Below are positions 42,545 to 56,588 of a stretch of 64,000 nucleotides of DNA, one piece after another. The notes under the pieces are model-generated. The model saw only the letters and a list, made by a program, of their open reading frames with translations. It searched no databases and was not told the DNA's origin. The stretch lies in the NCBI RefSeq assembly GCF_009914755.1, contig NC_060938.1; one strand, given 5' to 3'. The stretch is from the human T2T-CHM13v2.0 reference genome, Homo sapiens. Position 1 is the first letter of the stretch; every line of letters begins with the position of its first letter. The translations under genes and the position numbers were made by a program.

Positions 42545-43932
42545 CTTTAGGGAGATGGCTGTCATTCTGCTACTTGTAGCATTTACAGGTAAATGTGCTA
42601 CATGCTAAGACGTATATGTACCAGGTCTTTGTGCAAAATTGTAATCACCACCATTTATTGCATAAACTAGAAAACATATCATTAGGTATCAGCTTATTCT
42701 TGTAGATGGACTAGATATGAGAAAGGCGTTTTATTTAAGGGAGATATTTTTATGCTTTTATTTGTCCCACTTGTCAAAGGTATATGGATATTGGTGAGGA
42801 AGCTAGGCTCTAAGCCATTTCTGAAACTATCAGTGTTGAATAAATAAGGTACATAAGGAAGCTAACACTTGCACCCCTTCCTTTGTAACTCTTCTACCGC
42901 CTTGATCTAGTGAGCCCTGAAAGCTCAGTGGGCTGAGGAAAACATCCTTTTTAGAGTAGCAGGGTGCCCTCAACTCCAGTCTAGAAGTGGGCAAAGTTCT
43001 CACGTTGGCAGTACCTGCAGTGTGGGACAAGAGAAGCAGCTGGCCCAGAAGGCAGCGTTTGTTCAAATGGTCATGGCACCTGTGAGCATTGTATTGCCGT
43101 GGAAGAGCTCAAGTCATTGCCTCTGCTAAAGTGCCTCTGAATTCCTACACAGTGAACTTAGAGCACAACAGGGCGGGAACATGGTTGTTTTCCATTCTTG
43201 TTCAGCTAGGCTTACACATCCTCTCACTCCCAAAAGGCAGAGTAGGCTTGCACCCCACACCTGACTGGGCTCAGCTCTTTGGCAAGTGATTGCGTAGCTG
43301 TTCTGCCTGTGACTGCAGGCCCCGGTCTGCAGGCGGGAAACAACAGGCAGTTGTGTCCTGAGCCCTGGGAACTGGAGATCTTTCCACATCTGTTCGCCTA
43401 GTCGGGGGGCGGGAGGAAATCACCAGAACCTTCAAACATGGGGCCAGAGCAGGGAGACAAAGGGGAAGCCTTAAGCCGATGGTGACCCCAGGTCATATGA
43501 GCCACCCCCCCAGGCCTCCCCCATCCACTTTCATCCCCTCAGGTCCCCGACACTCAGCCTTTTCATCCTTCTCCAGGTCAGCAGGATCAGGTTAATGTGA
43601 CTTGACCAGAAAGCTTATCAAATGAAGGCAGAGACAGGTGTTTGAAACCCCTTCCCTGCTGAAAGCTGGGTTGAACAAGGTTAGCAGCGTAGCTGAGGCC
43701 AACATCCTACACTAATTGCATTTTCTTTCTTGGAGCTCCTTCTCTTCCCCTTCTTTGTTCTCTGGCTTGGAACCCCTCAAGGTCTCCGAGAGCCAGTAAC
43801 CAAAACAAACCATTCAAAAAACGAAGGATTTAGGGAAAAAAAATTAGGGGATGTGACATTCTGGACCAAACAGTGGCCCTTCTATGCCAGAGCCTAGGAA
43901 CCAGCATTTGGAGGCATCCGGCCACTTCCACC

Positions 43933-44133
43933 CAGTGGGCATGCTGAAATCAGTTACTATGGGCTTATCAGAACTGATTGCACAAACCTTTTCCCAACTT
44001 CACAATCATGATGTCATATTTGTAGCTTGAGTTGACCAAGGTGGGAATATTTATACCACAGAAATCAGCAAGCTACAAACCAGGCTTTTCCACCTCCAGA
44101 GCCAGTTGTTAAACATTTACCGGCACACCAGTG
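43933..44133. mobile_element. MER63A (hAT-Blackjack)
   Basis: ttcccaact...gtagcttga...gtgggaatatttataccacagaaatc...agagccagttgttaaacatttaccggcacaccagtg. Confidence 0.8.
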
Positions 44134-44145
44134 CCTCCACTGTGG

Positions 44146-44359
44146 CTATTGTCACTCAAAGTATGATTCTCAGACCAATTACATAGGAATTTCCTAGAGA
44201 TCAGAAATGAGGTGGGGCAGGAGGGTTGTTATTTAACATGCAGATTTCCTGGCCAACCTGAATTAACTGAATCAGATTCTCTGGAGGTAGAGCCTGGGGA
44301 AATGCTTTTTAGCAAGTCCCTGAGGTTATTAATAAATTCAATAAAGTTTGAGACTTCAG
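44146..44359. mobile_element. MER5A/B (hAT-Charlie)
   Basis: atgcagatt...actgaatcagattctctggaggtagagcctgg...aaagtttgaga. Confidence 0.7.
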
Positions 44360-45045
44360 CCTTAGGGAATAGGAGAAAAGAGTGGGCGTGCATCTGACTC
44401 TTGGCATCTGGAAGGAACAGCTGGCTTCAGTCCCAGTTGGCCTAAGAATGGACAGCTGTTTTCTCTCGAGATAGAAACTTCATGACAGGAAAAGAGGTGG
44501 GAATTTTGGGGTCTCAGCTACCCACTGACAACACGACTGGTTCTGCCTTGGATCTCAGGATGAATCCATTTTCCAACTTGAGACTTTGACCCAAGACAGC
44601 ATGAGCAAATGCCCAGATGTATGTAGAACGTGGAGAAAGTCACCGTCATTTGCACCATTGGTGGGACCAGTGGAGCCCAGGGAAAGCCCAGAGTCAGTTT
44701 TCTGTATTAGATTGCCCAGGACAGCATTTTTCTTTCAGATTTGTCTAGACATTTTCAGGATCTTTCCCAATCAGGCATGATTTTGTAAAGCAAAGACCTT
44801 GTTGACTTCATCCCACTGAGCTGGAAGAGAAGGTCTTCTAAGGCAGAAAGAAAAAGAGAAAAAAAGGAAAAGAGAGAACGTTTCTTTGCCTAGATGTAAA
44901 ACAGAAAGTTCATAAGGAGCTTAACTCTGCTTTCGCCTTGTTTTGCACCTGCCTGAGGGAGTGGTTTAGACGGGGACAAGTAGTGTGAAAACAGAGCTAG
45001 TTAGTAAATGCAAGAGCTGGGGTTTGGACCCCAATTTTTACAGCC

Positions 45046-45074
45046 AAAACAAAACAAACAAACAAACAAACAAA
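45046..45074. repeat. (AAAC)n microsatellite
   Basis: aaaacaaaacaaacaaacaaacaaacaaa. Confidence 0.9.
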
Positions 45075-45629
45075 GACCAATGCACTTTCCTCCTAAGCAC
45101 AATGCAGTATTTTTTCCACATGCAGTTGGAACCCAGAGGAATCCTTAATGGGCAACTGGGGTAGTGACATAGGACATATATGCTCAAAGTACTGTGAATT
45201 CCTAAACCATCAGAGCCCCCATACCCTGATGCAAATTCCAAAACATAATCCAAAGCCACATGTAAAACTTATGGGATTATAGGCAAGTAAATTATGAACT
45301 ATTAGATTACTGGCTATTAGATTATCCACTGGAATGGATAACTGAGAGTCAACCATATTGATACATATCATTTAGGCACTCCCCATATTAGACAGTTAAG
45401 CTTGTAGCAGTTTGCTAAGTTCATGATCATGTGATCATTTCCTATACATTTGTTCTAACTGTTCAGGGCTTTAATTAAACATATAACTTCATCAAATGGG
45501 AGGAGGAAGAAACCAAATAGCTCCTCAGGAAAACAAGATATGAGCTCATATGTATTTTTTGCCAGGTTTCATGGCCTTTCTTTGTGCCCAGAAACTCTTC
45601 CTCACCCTAGGACCCATCTTCACTTTAAT

Positions 45630-46180
45630 ACTATCCATTCAACAAATACATAGTGAGGACCTACTGTGTGCCAGTTAGGGTGTGGGGAAGAACAGGAGAC
45701 AAACCACCTGGTCTCATTCTCATGAATTTTACAGTCTATTGGGAAACAGGTATTACACAAGTCAATATGAAAATAAGTAAGTGATTATACATTGTCCTAA
45801 GGGCTGTGAAAGAAAAGTACAAGGTACAAAGAGAAACGTCAATAGTCCTGAAAGGTTGACTGCATCAAGAACATGTCCATGGAGACCAGGCTGATGGAGT
45901 TTTTGTTTGGATTGTTTTGGGTGGCAGGGGGTAGGGGTAAGGGCACATGGAGCGTTTTGTTTGAGGTACTTGAAAGGGAGATGTCAAGTAGGCAACTGAA
46001 TATCCAAATCAAGAGAGTCTGTAGTGGAGTGGTGACTCAAGCCCGCACCTGGATGAGGTCATAGGGATGGAATGTCTGAGGAGAGGCAACAGCTGGGGCC
46101 TGCTCTCTGGGCCACCCATATGCAGAGCTCACGAAGGAGGCACTCCCAGAGAGGAGGGAGTCCCAGAAGCCATTTACAAA
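45630..46180 (-). mobile_element. L2 fragments
   Basis: ccattcaacaaatacatagtgaggacctactgtgtgcca; ggagatgtcaagtaggcaactgaatat. Confidence 0.65.
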
Positions 46181-46769
46181 GGGTATTTTATGAGTGGGCA
46201 ACGTGAAAGTACCAACATCAGAAAAGCACCTCAGGACCTCCAGGTCCTGACTCCCCACTCCTCCCTTCTCATGAGCCAGGCAGGCTGTCTGCAGGCCAGC
46301 CAGTGAATTGAACTGGGGCTCTCAGAGTCTGAACAGCTGGCCATGTCTTGGACAGTGCTTCATGACTCTAAGTTATTACTTTCTGTTCCTTTCCTAGTCC
46401 CTAACTCAGACCCAAGCTCTTTGCTCCCTGGAGTTTCTAAGTGTGTAGGTATTAGGAAGAGAGCAAATAAACCAGTTCACACAGATGTATGAATAATGTT
46501 TAACCAGCCAGTTCTCTTTGAGATATATTGTTGTAAAGAAGCAAAACTAAATGTCTAATCTGTGGAATTTCAGGCAACCTTATACGTTTCAGGTGGTGCC
46601 CTTGAGAGGGAAGACCTTTTGAGCTGGGGCTGCCACCCTGTTCCCTTCTAGCTTCCCTGCACTGTTCCTGCAGCAGCTTCTTTTCTTCCTCCATTTCTGA
46701 ATCCCCAGAGTCTTGAAAACCTCCAGAATTTTCAGAGTGGTTCCTTTGGCACCAGTGGCCATGCATCTG

Positions 46770-47050
46770 ACAATTACAGTAGCTAACATTTATATGTAAT
46801 TGTTAGCCCCTCATATTAAACCTACATTAACCCTATGTTAAATGAAGTTAACCATAACATAGGGTTGCTGTGACTTCACAGCAAACTTCAGCCCTATGTT
46901 AACTGACTTCACAGCAACGCTATAAGGTTGGGTCGGTTACTCTTCTCTGGGTGAGGCTGTGGCTGGATGAGAGATGTTTGTTAGCTGCCTGTGGACACAC
47001 AGCTGGCAGGCTGAAATTTGAAGCAGCGTCTTGCTCCCAGTCCACACTCA
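46770..47050 (-). mobile_element. MIR carrying a complex internal rearrangement
   Basis: gtagctaacatttat...cttcacagcaacgctataagg...cacacagctggc...atttgaagc. Confidence 0.55.
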
Positions 47051-48635
47051 GGGCCGTGTGAGTGGGATGTGAGCCTGAGTCTGCCCTCCCTTGGGTTTGC
47101 TGTCCTGAGAGAACAAAAGCAAATCCGTGTTCTGGTTCTCTGAGATAGCTCTTACTAGACCTGGCTCAGTTTGACCCCTTTCTGCTGCTGGAAAGGAGGA
47201 CAGTGCAGGTCAAAGCCCTGGTTGCTGATTACAGACAAGATGGGAGTCATGTGGGGTGTCAGCTTCTGTCTCCTGAGAGAGAAAACCGAAAAATGCTACC
47301 TGAATTTCCAGGATGAGGTTGAAGGCACAATCTTTTCAGGCCAAATCTCTTGGGCAGAATTGAAGAGACTGCAAAAAAAATATGGAAGTTACCCTCACCG
47401 TTTCTGGGATGTCTGAATTCCTCCCTCTCTGGAATGGAGCCGCTGGAAGGCTCCATAATCCTCCCTCTCCTGGCTCAGAGGCCCAGCTACACTTTCTAAA
47501 ACAACCCAGAGCCATCTGATTTCAAGCATGTACCGGCTCGTGTGTGGAAGACAGTAATTACCTCCATTCCAGTTAGGAAAGCTGAAACCTGCCTTTTTCA
47601 TGCCTCAAACAATTATCGAAGTGCCTTTTGAAGCTCTGGATAGAAGAGAAAAGCAAAACAAACCAAAGAGCCAATTAGAGCCTGGGATTTGAGGGTGGCT
47701 TAGTTTTGTGCAGTGGGACTTGGGAGGAACTGTGGGAGAGGGTCAGAGGTCACCCCAAACCTCCAGCTGCCAACCAACTTTGCCTGTGCCAAAAGAACAT
47801 TATTTTGCATTGAAAATCAAGGCTCCTCTCCCTGACTCAGGAACAATTTGCAGGAACAACCTCTGCATCAGCTGTGAAGAGGGCTCCCTGATTAAATAAG
47901 GCCTGGAATGCATTTGATGTTGAACAAAACAGTTCTCTGACAGCTTTTCTTACTTGCCATTAGAATGCTTCCCCTTCAGCTGAAACTTGGTAAGATAAAG
48001 TGAATCCCCGGGGACCCTTTTGTTTTGGTGTACATATCTGAGGAATTTTTGTGGCCTGTGTTCCATTTGGAGTTAAGGTTCTTGGTCCCTGAAGTTCTTC
48101 CAGGCTTGGTGGTAGAAGCTGGCAATTCAGAGGCAGGCTGTGATGAGAGTAGAAAGCGGATACCAGGCATGAGGGCAGAGGAGAGCAAGTGGCCCTGCCC
48201 TGGGATGGGAAGCCTGAGGGCTTTTTTACAGTCCCCAAGGAGAGTTCCCTGACATTCAACACTGCCACAAGGCGCAGAGTGGAAAGTGGAGTTGGGGCAT
48301 GGTGGGGTTGAAGCTGGATTAGAATGGACTTGGCCAAGATCTGTTCGTGATGTCTGGGGTGGCCTTTTGGATTAACAGGATTTGATTCACTGTGAAGGCA
48401 ACGTAGCACTGTCTGGGAGGTTCCCTTTTGAGTTTGGGTGAGAATCAGGAAGACAGCCAGCACCAAAGAGCCCTGAGAGAACCCACTATGCCTTATTTAC
48501 ATCCCTAACCCAAACTGGATAGAGGAGCTTTCTCTTGGCCCTGGCATAAGTGCCCGGCTTTCCATCTGCCTATCATTTACCCCCTCAACAGTGGGCTTTG
48601 ATGTCTACCCTCCACTACAAGAAAAAGCATTTGTA

Positions 48636-48815
48636 GGAATGCCTCTTGGTGTATGTGGGGGACTGCCCCTTAGTATAGGGAAAGTTGTCCTCCATACACA
48701 AAGGTTTTGTATCCTGCAAGTGCTGTATTTTCTATCTGTGTTTGGTTGAAAAAACAAAAACCTACATATAAGTAGACCCAGGCAGTTCAAGTCCATGTTG
48801 TTCAAGGGTCAAATG
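48636..48815 (+). mobile_element. MER8 (TcMar-Tigger), internally deleted
   Basis: ctgtattttctatctgtgtttggttgaaaaaa...gcagttcaagtccatgttgttcaagggtcaaatg, followed by TA. Confidence 0.8.
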
Positions 48816-48959
48816 TATTCCTATAAAGCAAAACAAAGAAGCATATTGCTTAGGAATGTGTCTGTCGTGCTCAAAATGGAGTGAATATCAATGGTCTGGT
48901 GGCATCAAAATGGCCAGTTCTGTGACAGTAAAAGAGGTTTGTGTCTTATTTAATCTTTT

Positions 48960-49140
48960 GATAATAATAACAGCTATGGTGTATCACAGCTTTACCAAGT
49001 ACCAGACACTGTTCTAAGGGCTTTGCATGGTTCACTCACTCCTTACGTCATCCCTCGGTGGCAGGTGCTGTAATTATCCTTATATTGCAGACAAGGACAT
49101 TGAGACAGAGGTCAAGCCACCTTCCCAAGGGCACACATGG
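48960..49140 (-). mobile_element. MIR
   Basis: ataataataacagcta...ccagacactgttctaagggctttgcatg...ttgcagacaaggacattgagacagag. Confidence 0.75.
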
Positions 49141-49883
49141 CATCTGCACTGCTCCTGACCGACCGACAGAGAGAGCTGCTGTCACGATCCTCAAATGAGC
49201 TATGCATGTCAAAAGTTTAAAAATAAAAAAGATAAAAACATGCACAAAATTTAAAAAGTAAACCATTTCAGGCTGGACAGACTAAAACTGAGAGATGGCC
49301 AGAGAAGAGTATGAAAGATAAATCTATGGACAGAGTAAACCCTGACTGGCTTGAAATTAGGGCCCTTACTCCTCCACACTCCTGACGGGTTGGTTCAAGA
49401 CCAAGAAATAGAAGCACATTGTGAGTTCTACGCTGCTGCCCTGGGAAACACACAGGCTAAACACACCCACAGGCTCGAGCTGGCTTTGAAGTTGTGCCTA
49501 ACAGATCCGAGATGCGTGATGAAGGAATGTTCTGGATGCGTTCTTCTGAGATTTTAGAACTGAGTTAACTCACGTTCTCCTACAAACTGTCCCTTGTAGT
49601 CGCTGTTCAGAAGGATTCCAGGCTGCCTGTGTCAATGATTTGACCCCACAGGATGGTTCTTTTTTAGGTTCTGACAGGGAGCAGAAATGAGTTTTTTGAC
49701 TCAAGAAGATGGACGTAGCTGTAGTTCTTTAAAAACCATTTATGTGATTTCCAGTGTTTTCTCTGAGGCAGGTCTCCAACGATTTCTCTCCAGCATGTGG
49801 CAGAGACCACCAGCTGCTTAGCAGGCCCTCAACTGGGCCAAGAATGTTCGTGATAGGGGTTTCCACCCTTTCCATCTGTGGCC

Positions 49884-50365
49884 TGTGATAGGCAGAGTAA
49901 TGGCCTCCCAAAGACGTCCAAGTCCTGATCCTTTGAACCTGTGCATATGTTACATGGTGAGGGAGAATTAAGGAAGCAAAAAAGGTGCTAATCAGTTGGC
50001 TTTGGGATAGAAAGCTTGTCCTTGGCCAAGCATAATCACAAGGGTCCCAGTATGTGGAAGAGAGAGGCAGAAAACTCAATGTCAGTAAAGCGATGTAAGA
50101 AAGACTCAATGGGCCATTATCAGCTTTGGAGATGGAAGGGGCCATAAGCCGAGGACTGAGGGCCACCTCTAGAAGCTGGAAAAGGCAAGCAAATGGATGT
50201 TCCTCTAGAGCCTCTAGAAAGGAACATCGCCTTCCAGATGTCTTAATTTTAGCCCAGTGAGACCCATGTCAGACTTTTGGCCTCCAGAATTATAAGATAA
50301 ATTTTCCTTGCTTTAAGCCATTCCATTAGTGGTAACTTTTACAACAGCAATAAGAAAGTAATTCA
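49884..50365 (+). mobile_element. MaLR solo LTR MLT1D
   Basis: tgtgataggcagagtaatggcctcccaaagacgtcca...cctctagaagctggaaaaggcaag...ttttagcccagtgagaccc. Confidence 0.87.
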
Positions 50366-50914
50366 AAGTTATCTGGGTTTTCAACCCTCAGGTCATAGGA
50401 CCTGGAGGACATTGTCCCATGAGCTGGGAAGTGAAAATCATGGTGGTCACCTTAGCATCCTTCCCACTGACCATCTGGGAATTCTCATGGTTCTCCTGGC
50501 TAAGCCCCACCTGCATATGAGCACTTCAGCCATCAGAGTTTCCCTGCAATGGGGTCTCTTCTTGACGAGTGATGTTCCATTTCTTAGCAGTGTTGCCAGG
50601 GCCTCTCCTTAGTGTGGTCCAGACATCCTATAGCATTACAACAAGCTGCTTTTCACACCCACACTCGCCCCAAATGCCAAACACTTCCAGCCAGCACAGG
50701 GTCTGGGGGATTTTTCTCCCCTTCCAGATAGCCAGCCACAACTTCAATGAGCTCCGGCATATGGAATTAGCATGATAGAACCATGACATGCCAAGTGCCG
50801 GGAGCCAACCTGAGCCATTCTTGGGTTTGAGAAGTTATCAACTGGGAAATACTTGTGATTTACAATTTTCTTCTGTCCTCCACCATTCCATCACATGAAC
50901 ATCCAAGTCAAACT

Positions 50915-51150
50915 CCTGAGCTGGGTTAAGAAATTGGAATTCCTGAGGCTCTGGTTCAGGTTCTTACTACCTCTGTGACATTGGGAAAGTTGGTTACCAT
51001 CATAGCGCCTCAGTTTTCTTATCTGTAAAATGGGGAAAATACATGAGTTAATATATGTCAAGTGCTTAGTGAACTGTCTGGGTCATGTTCAGTGCTATAA
51101 AAATGTTCATTGTTGTTGTTGCTGTTGTTTCTATCGTTGTTATTATTAAA
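50915..51150 (+). mobile_element. MIR
   Basis: gcctcagttttcttatctgtaaaatgggg. Confidence 0.75.
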
Positions 51151-51211
51151 TGGGTCCCAAATCTTGAGGCAAGTCATTTGGAAAACCAGCTTGTTCGTGC
51201 TTTGCCACATA

Positions 51212-51392
51212 TAGTCATGTGCCACATAACAATGTTTTGGTCAACAACTGACCACATACAGGACTATATAGCCTAGGTGTGTAGTAGACTATACCATCTA
51301 GGTTGTGTAAGTATACTGGACGATGTTTCCACAGCAACAAACCCACCTAATGATATATTTCTCAGAACGTGTCGTTAAGCGACATGTGACCG
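51212..51392 (+). mobile_element. Tigger3a/MER7-type deletion derivative
   Basis: TA-flanked; termini agtcatgtgccacataac and gttaagcgacatgtgac; tagcctaggtgtgtagtag...ataccatctagg. Confidence 0.85.
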
Positions 51393-52519
51393 TATTATAC
51401 GTCCAGCAATTGAGATGAATTACCGTTGCACACAGTGCTGAAGCTCAGGTGTGGACACCCTCTTTTAAAATATTTTTCCCATGAACATGTCCTCCAGGAA
51501 GCAGGCTCCAGTGTGTCACAGCCAGATGAGTGATTGTTAGGGAAGACAAAGCCTGTGTTTAGAGTTATGCAAGTATAGTGGGGAGAGGGCATCTTATTGC
51601 TGACTCACGCCCACTGGCAACCCAGCCTGATTCATCTAGACTGCTGCAGACCACTCTGCATGGAAGACCTCTGCTCAGAGGATCTCAGCCCACTGCATGG
51701 CCCACCAAGAGCCTCTGACATTCAGGCCGCTTGGTTCTTCTGGATTCAGTTCTTAGGTCCCCGAAAGTGGTAAAGGAGAGAGGAGAAAACTAGTTCATTT
51801 TCAGCCAAGAGTGGCCCCTGGCACACGGGACACTGCTTGCTTTGGACAGAGGCCACTCACAACAGGCTTCCCCTTCTGGGTGTGGTGGCCAGCCTGCCCT
51901 GACAACAGTGCGGCCTGAATCTGTGACTCTTAGCGGCTGCTTGGGACTGCTGCAAGACTCTTTGGTCTGTGACTTGCCCAAGAGAGAAGTTTCTGGGCAG
52001 AACGGGGAGCTCAGGAAAGAAGAAAGTTACATCCGCACAAAGTTTCAATTATAAAGCCCAATAATAACGATGACCAAAACAAAACAAAAAACGAAACAAA
52101 ATGAAAAAGCCTACATGCTCTTTGGTATTGTTGGGACTGAAAACAATGGAACTGAGTTTCTTGACTTTTTCTTAACCTTATCCCCATGAAAGAGGTTTGA
52201 ATTACAGTATTTTTCAAAGTAAAAGCCATCTGAACAGCTGCCTGAACTAACCTGGGAGCCTAGACAGTTTAGCTTCTTGACCTCTGGGATGTGGGGGAAG
52301 GGGACAAAAGGAAAGAGAGAGTAGGGGAGGAGCGAGCTCCTTCTGTTTTCTGGGCTGGCCATTTGAGGCCCATGAACCAACTGAGCTGATGTCAGACTCT
52401 GGCACTCCCACTTCCAGGAGTCACAACAAAGTGGCAGGGATCAGGGGCACCCCTGGGTCTCAGAGAAGTAGCACATTGTAGGAGAAAGAGAATATGCTGT
52501 GCAGACACACCCAGATTTG

Positions 52520-52945
52520 TGTTTTGCTGCTCCTTTCACTCCATGTGATTTAGACAAATTACATAACCTCTCTGCAAATAGGAAAACTTCCTTGTGCCTG
52601 TTGGTCTTGGAAGGACTGGGACTACATAATGCACCAATAGAATGTCTGGAGCACATCAGATGTACAATATATGAGCAGTAGCTATTTTTATTATTAAACA
52701 CAACAACCACTTGGGCCAAAGGCCACCTAATTTGTAGAATCATTGAGCCAGAAAGAACTGCAACAAGTCAGCTCATAAAGTATGCATAGAAAGAAGCCTG
52801 GAAGGAAGTTTACTAAATATTAACAATGATTATTTCTGAGCAGTGGAATTGTAAGGATATTTGTGTTTTCTTCTTTATACTCTTTCAAATTTTCCAAATT
52901 TTCTTTAGTAAATGTGTATTTTTTTATACTGAAAAACTTTAAAAC
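52520..52945 (+). mobile_element. MIR (about 52520-52690), then L1ME 3' end (about 52780-52945)
   Basis: tgtgatttagacaaattacataacctctctg; tgcatagaaagaagcctggaagga...ttttccaaattttct. Confidence 0.55.
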
Positions 52946-53639
52946 ATTATTTTTTTTAAAAGTCTTCCATCTCAGTTTGTGGGCTCCAGTCAGATTGCAC
53001 TAAGCCATCTAAAACCACAGTCGTCCAACCTGTTGCTAAAGCCATGAGAAAAGGCTGGCACCAACCAGTAAAGAATTCCCTCCAGTCTTCCGTACCATAC
53101 ATCCTGAATGGAGCATAATCCCTGCATGGTTTCTAGCCCATCATAACCTTGCTACACTGTTTCATAGAAAAACTTCAGCCATTGAGAATGATGTCATTCA
53201 TCATATTTCCTCTTTCTTTGCCTTTTGCTGCCAGGAAGCCTTAAACAAATTTAATACTCAATTACAGTAATAATTAACTCAGATTTTGGGCATAATTATT
53301 TTCCCTTCTTCCTCTATGGTTTAATTTTCCCTTTATTATTCAACCAACTTATTGCATATGTGACTTTCATTGTAAACTACCTCAAGTACACTTTAAAAGT
53401 TGGACATAAATCATAAAGTATAAATAAATTAAGTTTTATCTGATCTCTTGTAAAAACCCATGATCAGCCTGTTAAAATTCATATTACTAAACATCTTGAC
53501 CAGTAAATGTCAGGAGGGTGGCATGAAGAGCAAGAAAGAGAAAGCTCTGAGTCAAGGTCCATATTTAGTGGGAAAAAAAATCCTGGCAAATATAGATTTG
53601 TTCAGAACTAATTATTTACCTTTTAAAATGGGTTACTTA

Positions 53640-53850
53640 ATACTTATTCTAGTATGTCCTGTGAGCATCTGTTGGGTGTCAGGCACAGTTTTAAATGTTA
53701 TTTCATTAATTTTGTGAGGTAGGTATTATCATTTCTAGCTGAAGAATAAGAAAACTAAGAATCAAACAAGTTAGATAACTTGCTCCCAGTCTCTCAGTTA
53801 GTAAGTGATAAGTCTGCAGAAGAAACCCTGGTCCGTCCAACTCCAAGGAA
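53640..53850 (-). mobile_element. MIR
   Basis: tgtgaggtaggtattatc...aagaaaactaaga...aacttgctcc. Confidence 0.65.
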
Positions 53851-53988
53851 TTCACAACCCTATTCTGTTTCATCAAATACAGGTTTTCTTTCTCTAGGTG
53901 GGTTATGTTGAAATGGTGAACCAGGCTGAAGCCACAGGTTGACTGAGTTCTAAATCCAGAAGCACAGCTAGAGGCTCCTGTGGAATGA

Positions 53989-54314
<326 letters not shown>

Positions 54315-55005
54315 TAAGGTGGAGCTTACTAGGAAAGAACGTTGAAAAACAGCTGCTGATGATATATCTGAGACTATTTCTTATAGGAAACTGTAGGTCT
54401 ATGGAGGCAGGAGAAATAATCACAGCCCAGCAACCAGAAGCTAGGATGCTTTCACTACTAAGGGAGAGATCACTAACACCATAGCTGGGAAAGATCTTAA
54501 ATCATCACTTGATTCTGAACCAGAGACCTCTACAAAATCTCTAGGATAGAAGAAAATGAGGAGAAAGAAGAAAGAAGACCTTACTCTCTAAATTAGTATC
54601 CAAGCAAAAATATTCAACACTAAGAAAACCAGTCAACAAAATCAACATTTGTTATCTAATCTTGTCCAAAAGAAATTAAAATAATGGAACAATCTGACTA
54701 AAACTTTAAACTAAATTTGCCTAAATACTCAAAGAGAAATAACATCTACTTTAAAAAGGATATTGTGAAATAAAGCAGGCAGAAATAAGAATTGGCAAAT
54801 ATGAAAAAGAATGAATTAAAAAGATAAAATACACAGATAGGATAAATTCTAGACATGAAATAGATGAAGATAAAATTAGTGAATAGGAAGATAGTATTTA
54901 AGAAGCCACCAAAACGTAGTGCAAGTCAGAGTTAAGGGCATGAAGATATACTGAGAAGCTCCAATTTTTATACATACATATGAGATAGTAAACCTATCTA
55001 CCTCA

Positions 55006-55386
<381 letters not shown>

Positions 55387-56588
55387 TTATTTATAAAGGA
55401 ATGATAGCTGCATTGATAATAGACATCTTACTAACAATAGATTCCAGCAGACAGTGGAGTAGTATCTTCAAATATCTGAAAGGGGAAAAAAATCACTTGT
55501 AAAGCCAGAGTTTTATACCTAGCTAAACTAGCTTTCAAGAGCCGATTTAAAAGAAAGACAGTTTTAGGATTTTTTTAAAATGAAGTTTATATCAGTCTTG
55601 AGTCTTCACTGAAAGAACCATTAAAATATGTATTATATCAAGAAAAACTCAGTTTCAAGGCAGGACATAGAAATCAAGAAACTATAGTGGACACAGAAAT
55701 AAATAAGTTAAAATAGACTTACTTCAACTGACTATAAAATAACTAAATCTAGAGTTTAAAATAAAAGTTAAATAAAAAAGTAATATGTTGAGATAATATG
55801 TTAGTAGAAAGAGTATTTACTGGGTAAAGTGTGCTAAGAGTCTTGCCTTGTTCAGGGAGGAGGATAAGATATTGAAAATTTCAGACTTTGAAACATATAT
55901 AATTAAATGTGTATGGTAAAACTTTAAGGTAATTATGAATAGAAAAGAACATCAATCTATAGGTTCTAAACCAACAAAGGAGAAAGCAGAATATAGAAAA
56001 TCTCACCAACCTAAGAGAAGACAGGAAAGACAAAAAAAAAATGAAAGAAGACAGGAAAGAAGAAAAAAACCTAAGAGAAGATAAGAAAGAAAGAAAATAA
56101 ATAGAAAACTAAATAAAATGGAAGAAGTAAGTCAAATATGATGGTAACTACAATAAATGTAAGCTGATTAAATGTGTCTATTAAAAATTGGAGAATATCA
56201 GATTAGAATTTTTAAAGTATTCAGTTATAAGCTATTTTCAAAAGACCCACTTAGGCCAAACCACACAAATAAAGAGATGACAAAAGACATACCACAAAAT
56301 GCTAACCAAAAGAAAGGTGGGTGGTGTCACAGTAAGGCAAATGGAATCTAGGGAAATATATGTTAATAGGGATAGAGAGATATATAATGATATAAGAAAA
56401 GATAATATTCATGAACCTATATGCCCCTAAAAACATAACCTTGAAATTCAAAACATGTAAAGCAAAAACTAAGAGAATGTAAAAATGTAAAATTGTGGTA
56501 AATTTAAATTTATTTTTACAGAAATTTATTAAAAACATAAAAGATATAACCACAAACTGATATATCCTTTACTCAAAATCCAACAATA

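Noticed and set aside
47960-48466. 168-aa minus-strand ORF
   Set aside because: No ATG start, no recognisable homology, no exon context.
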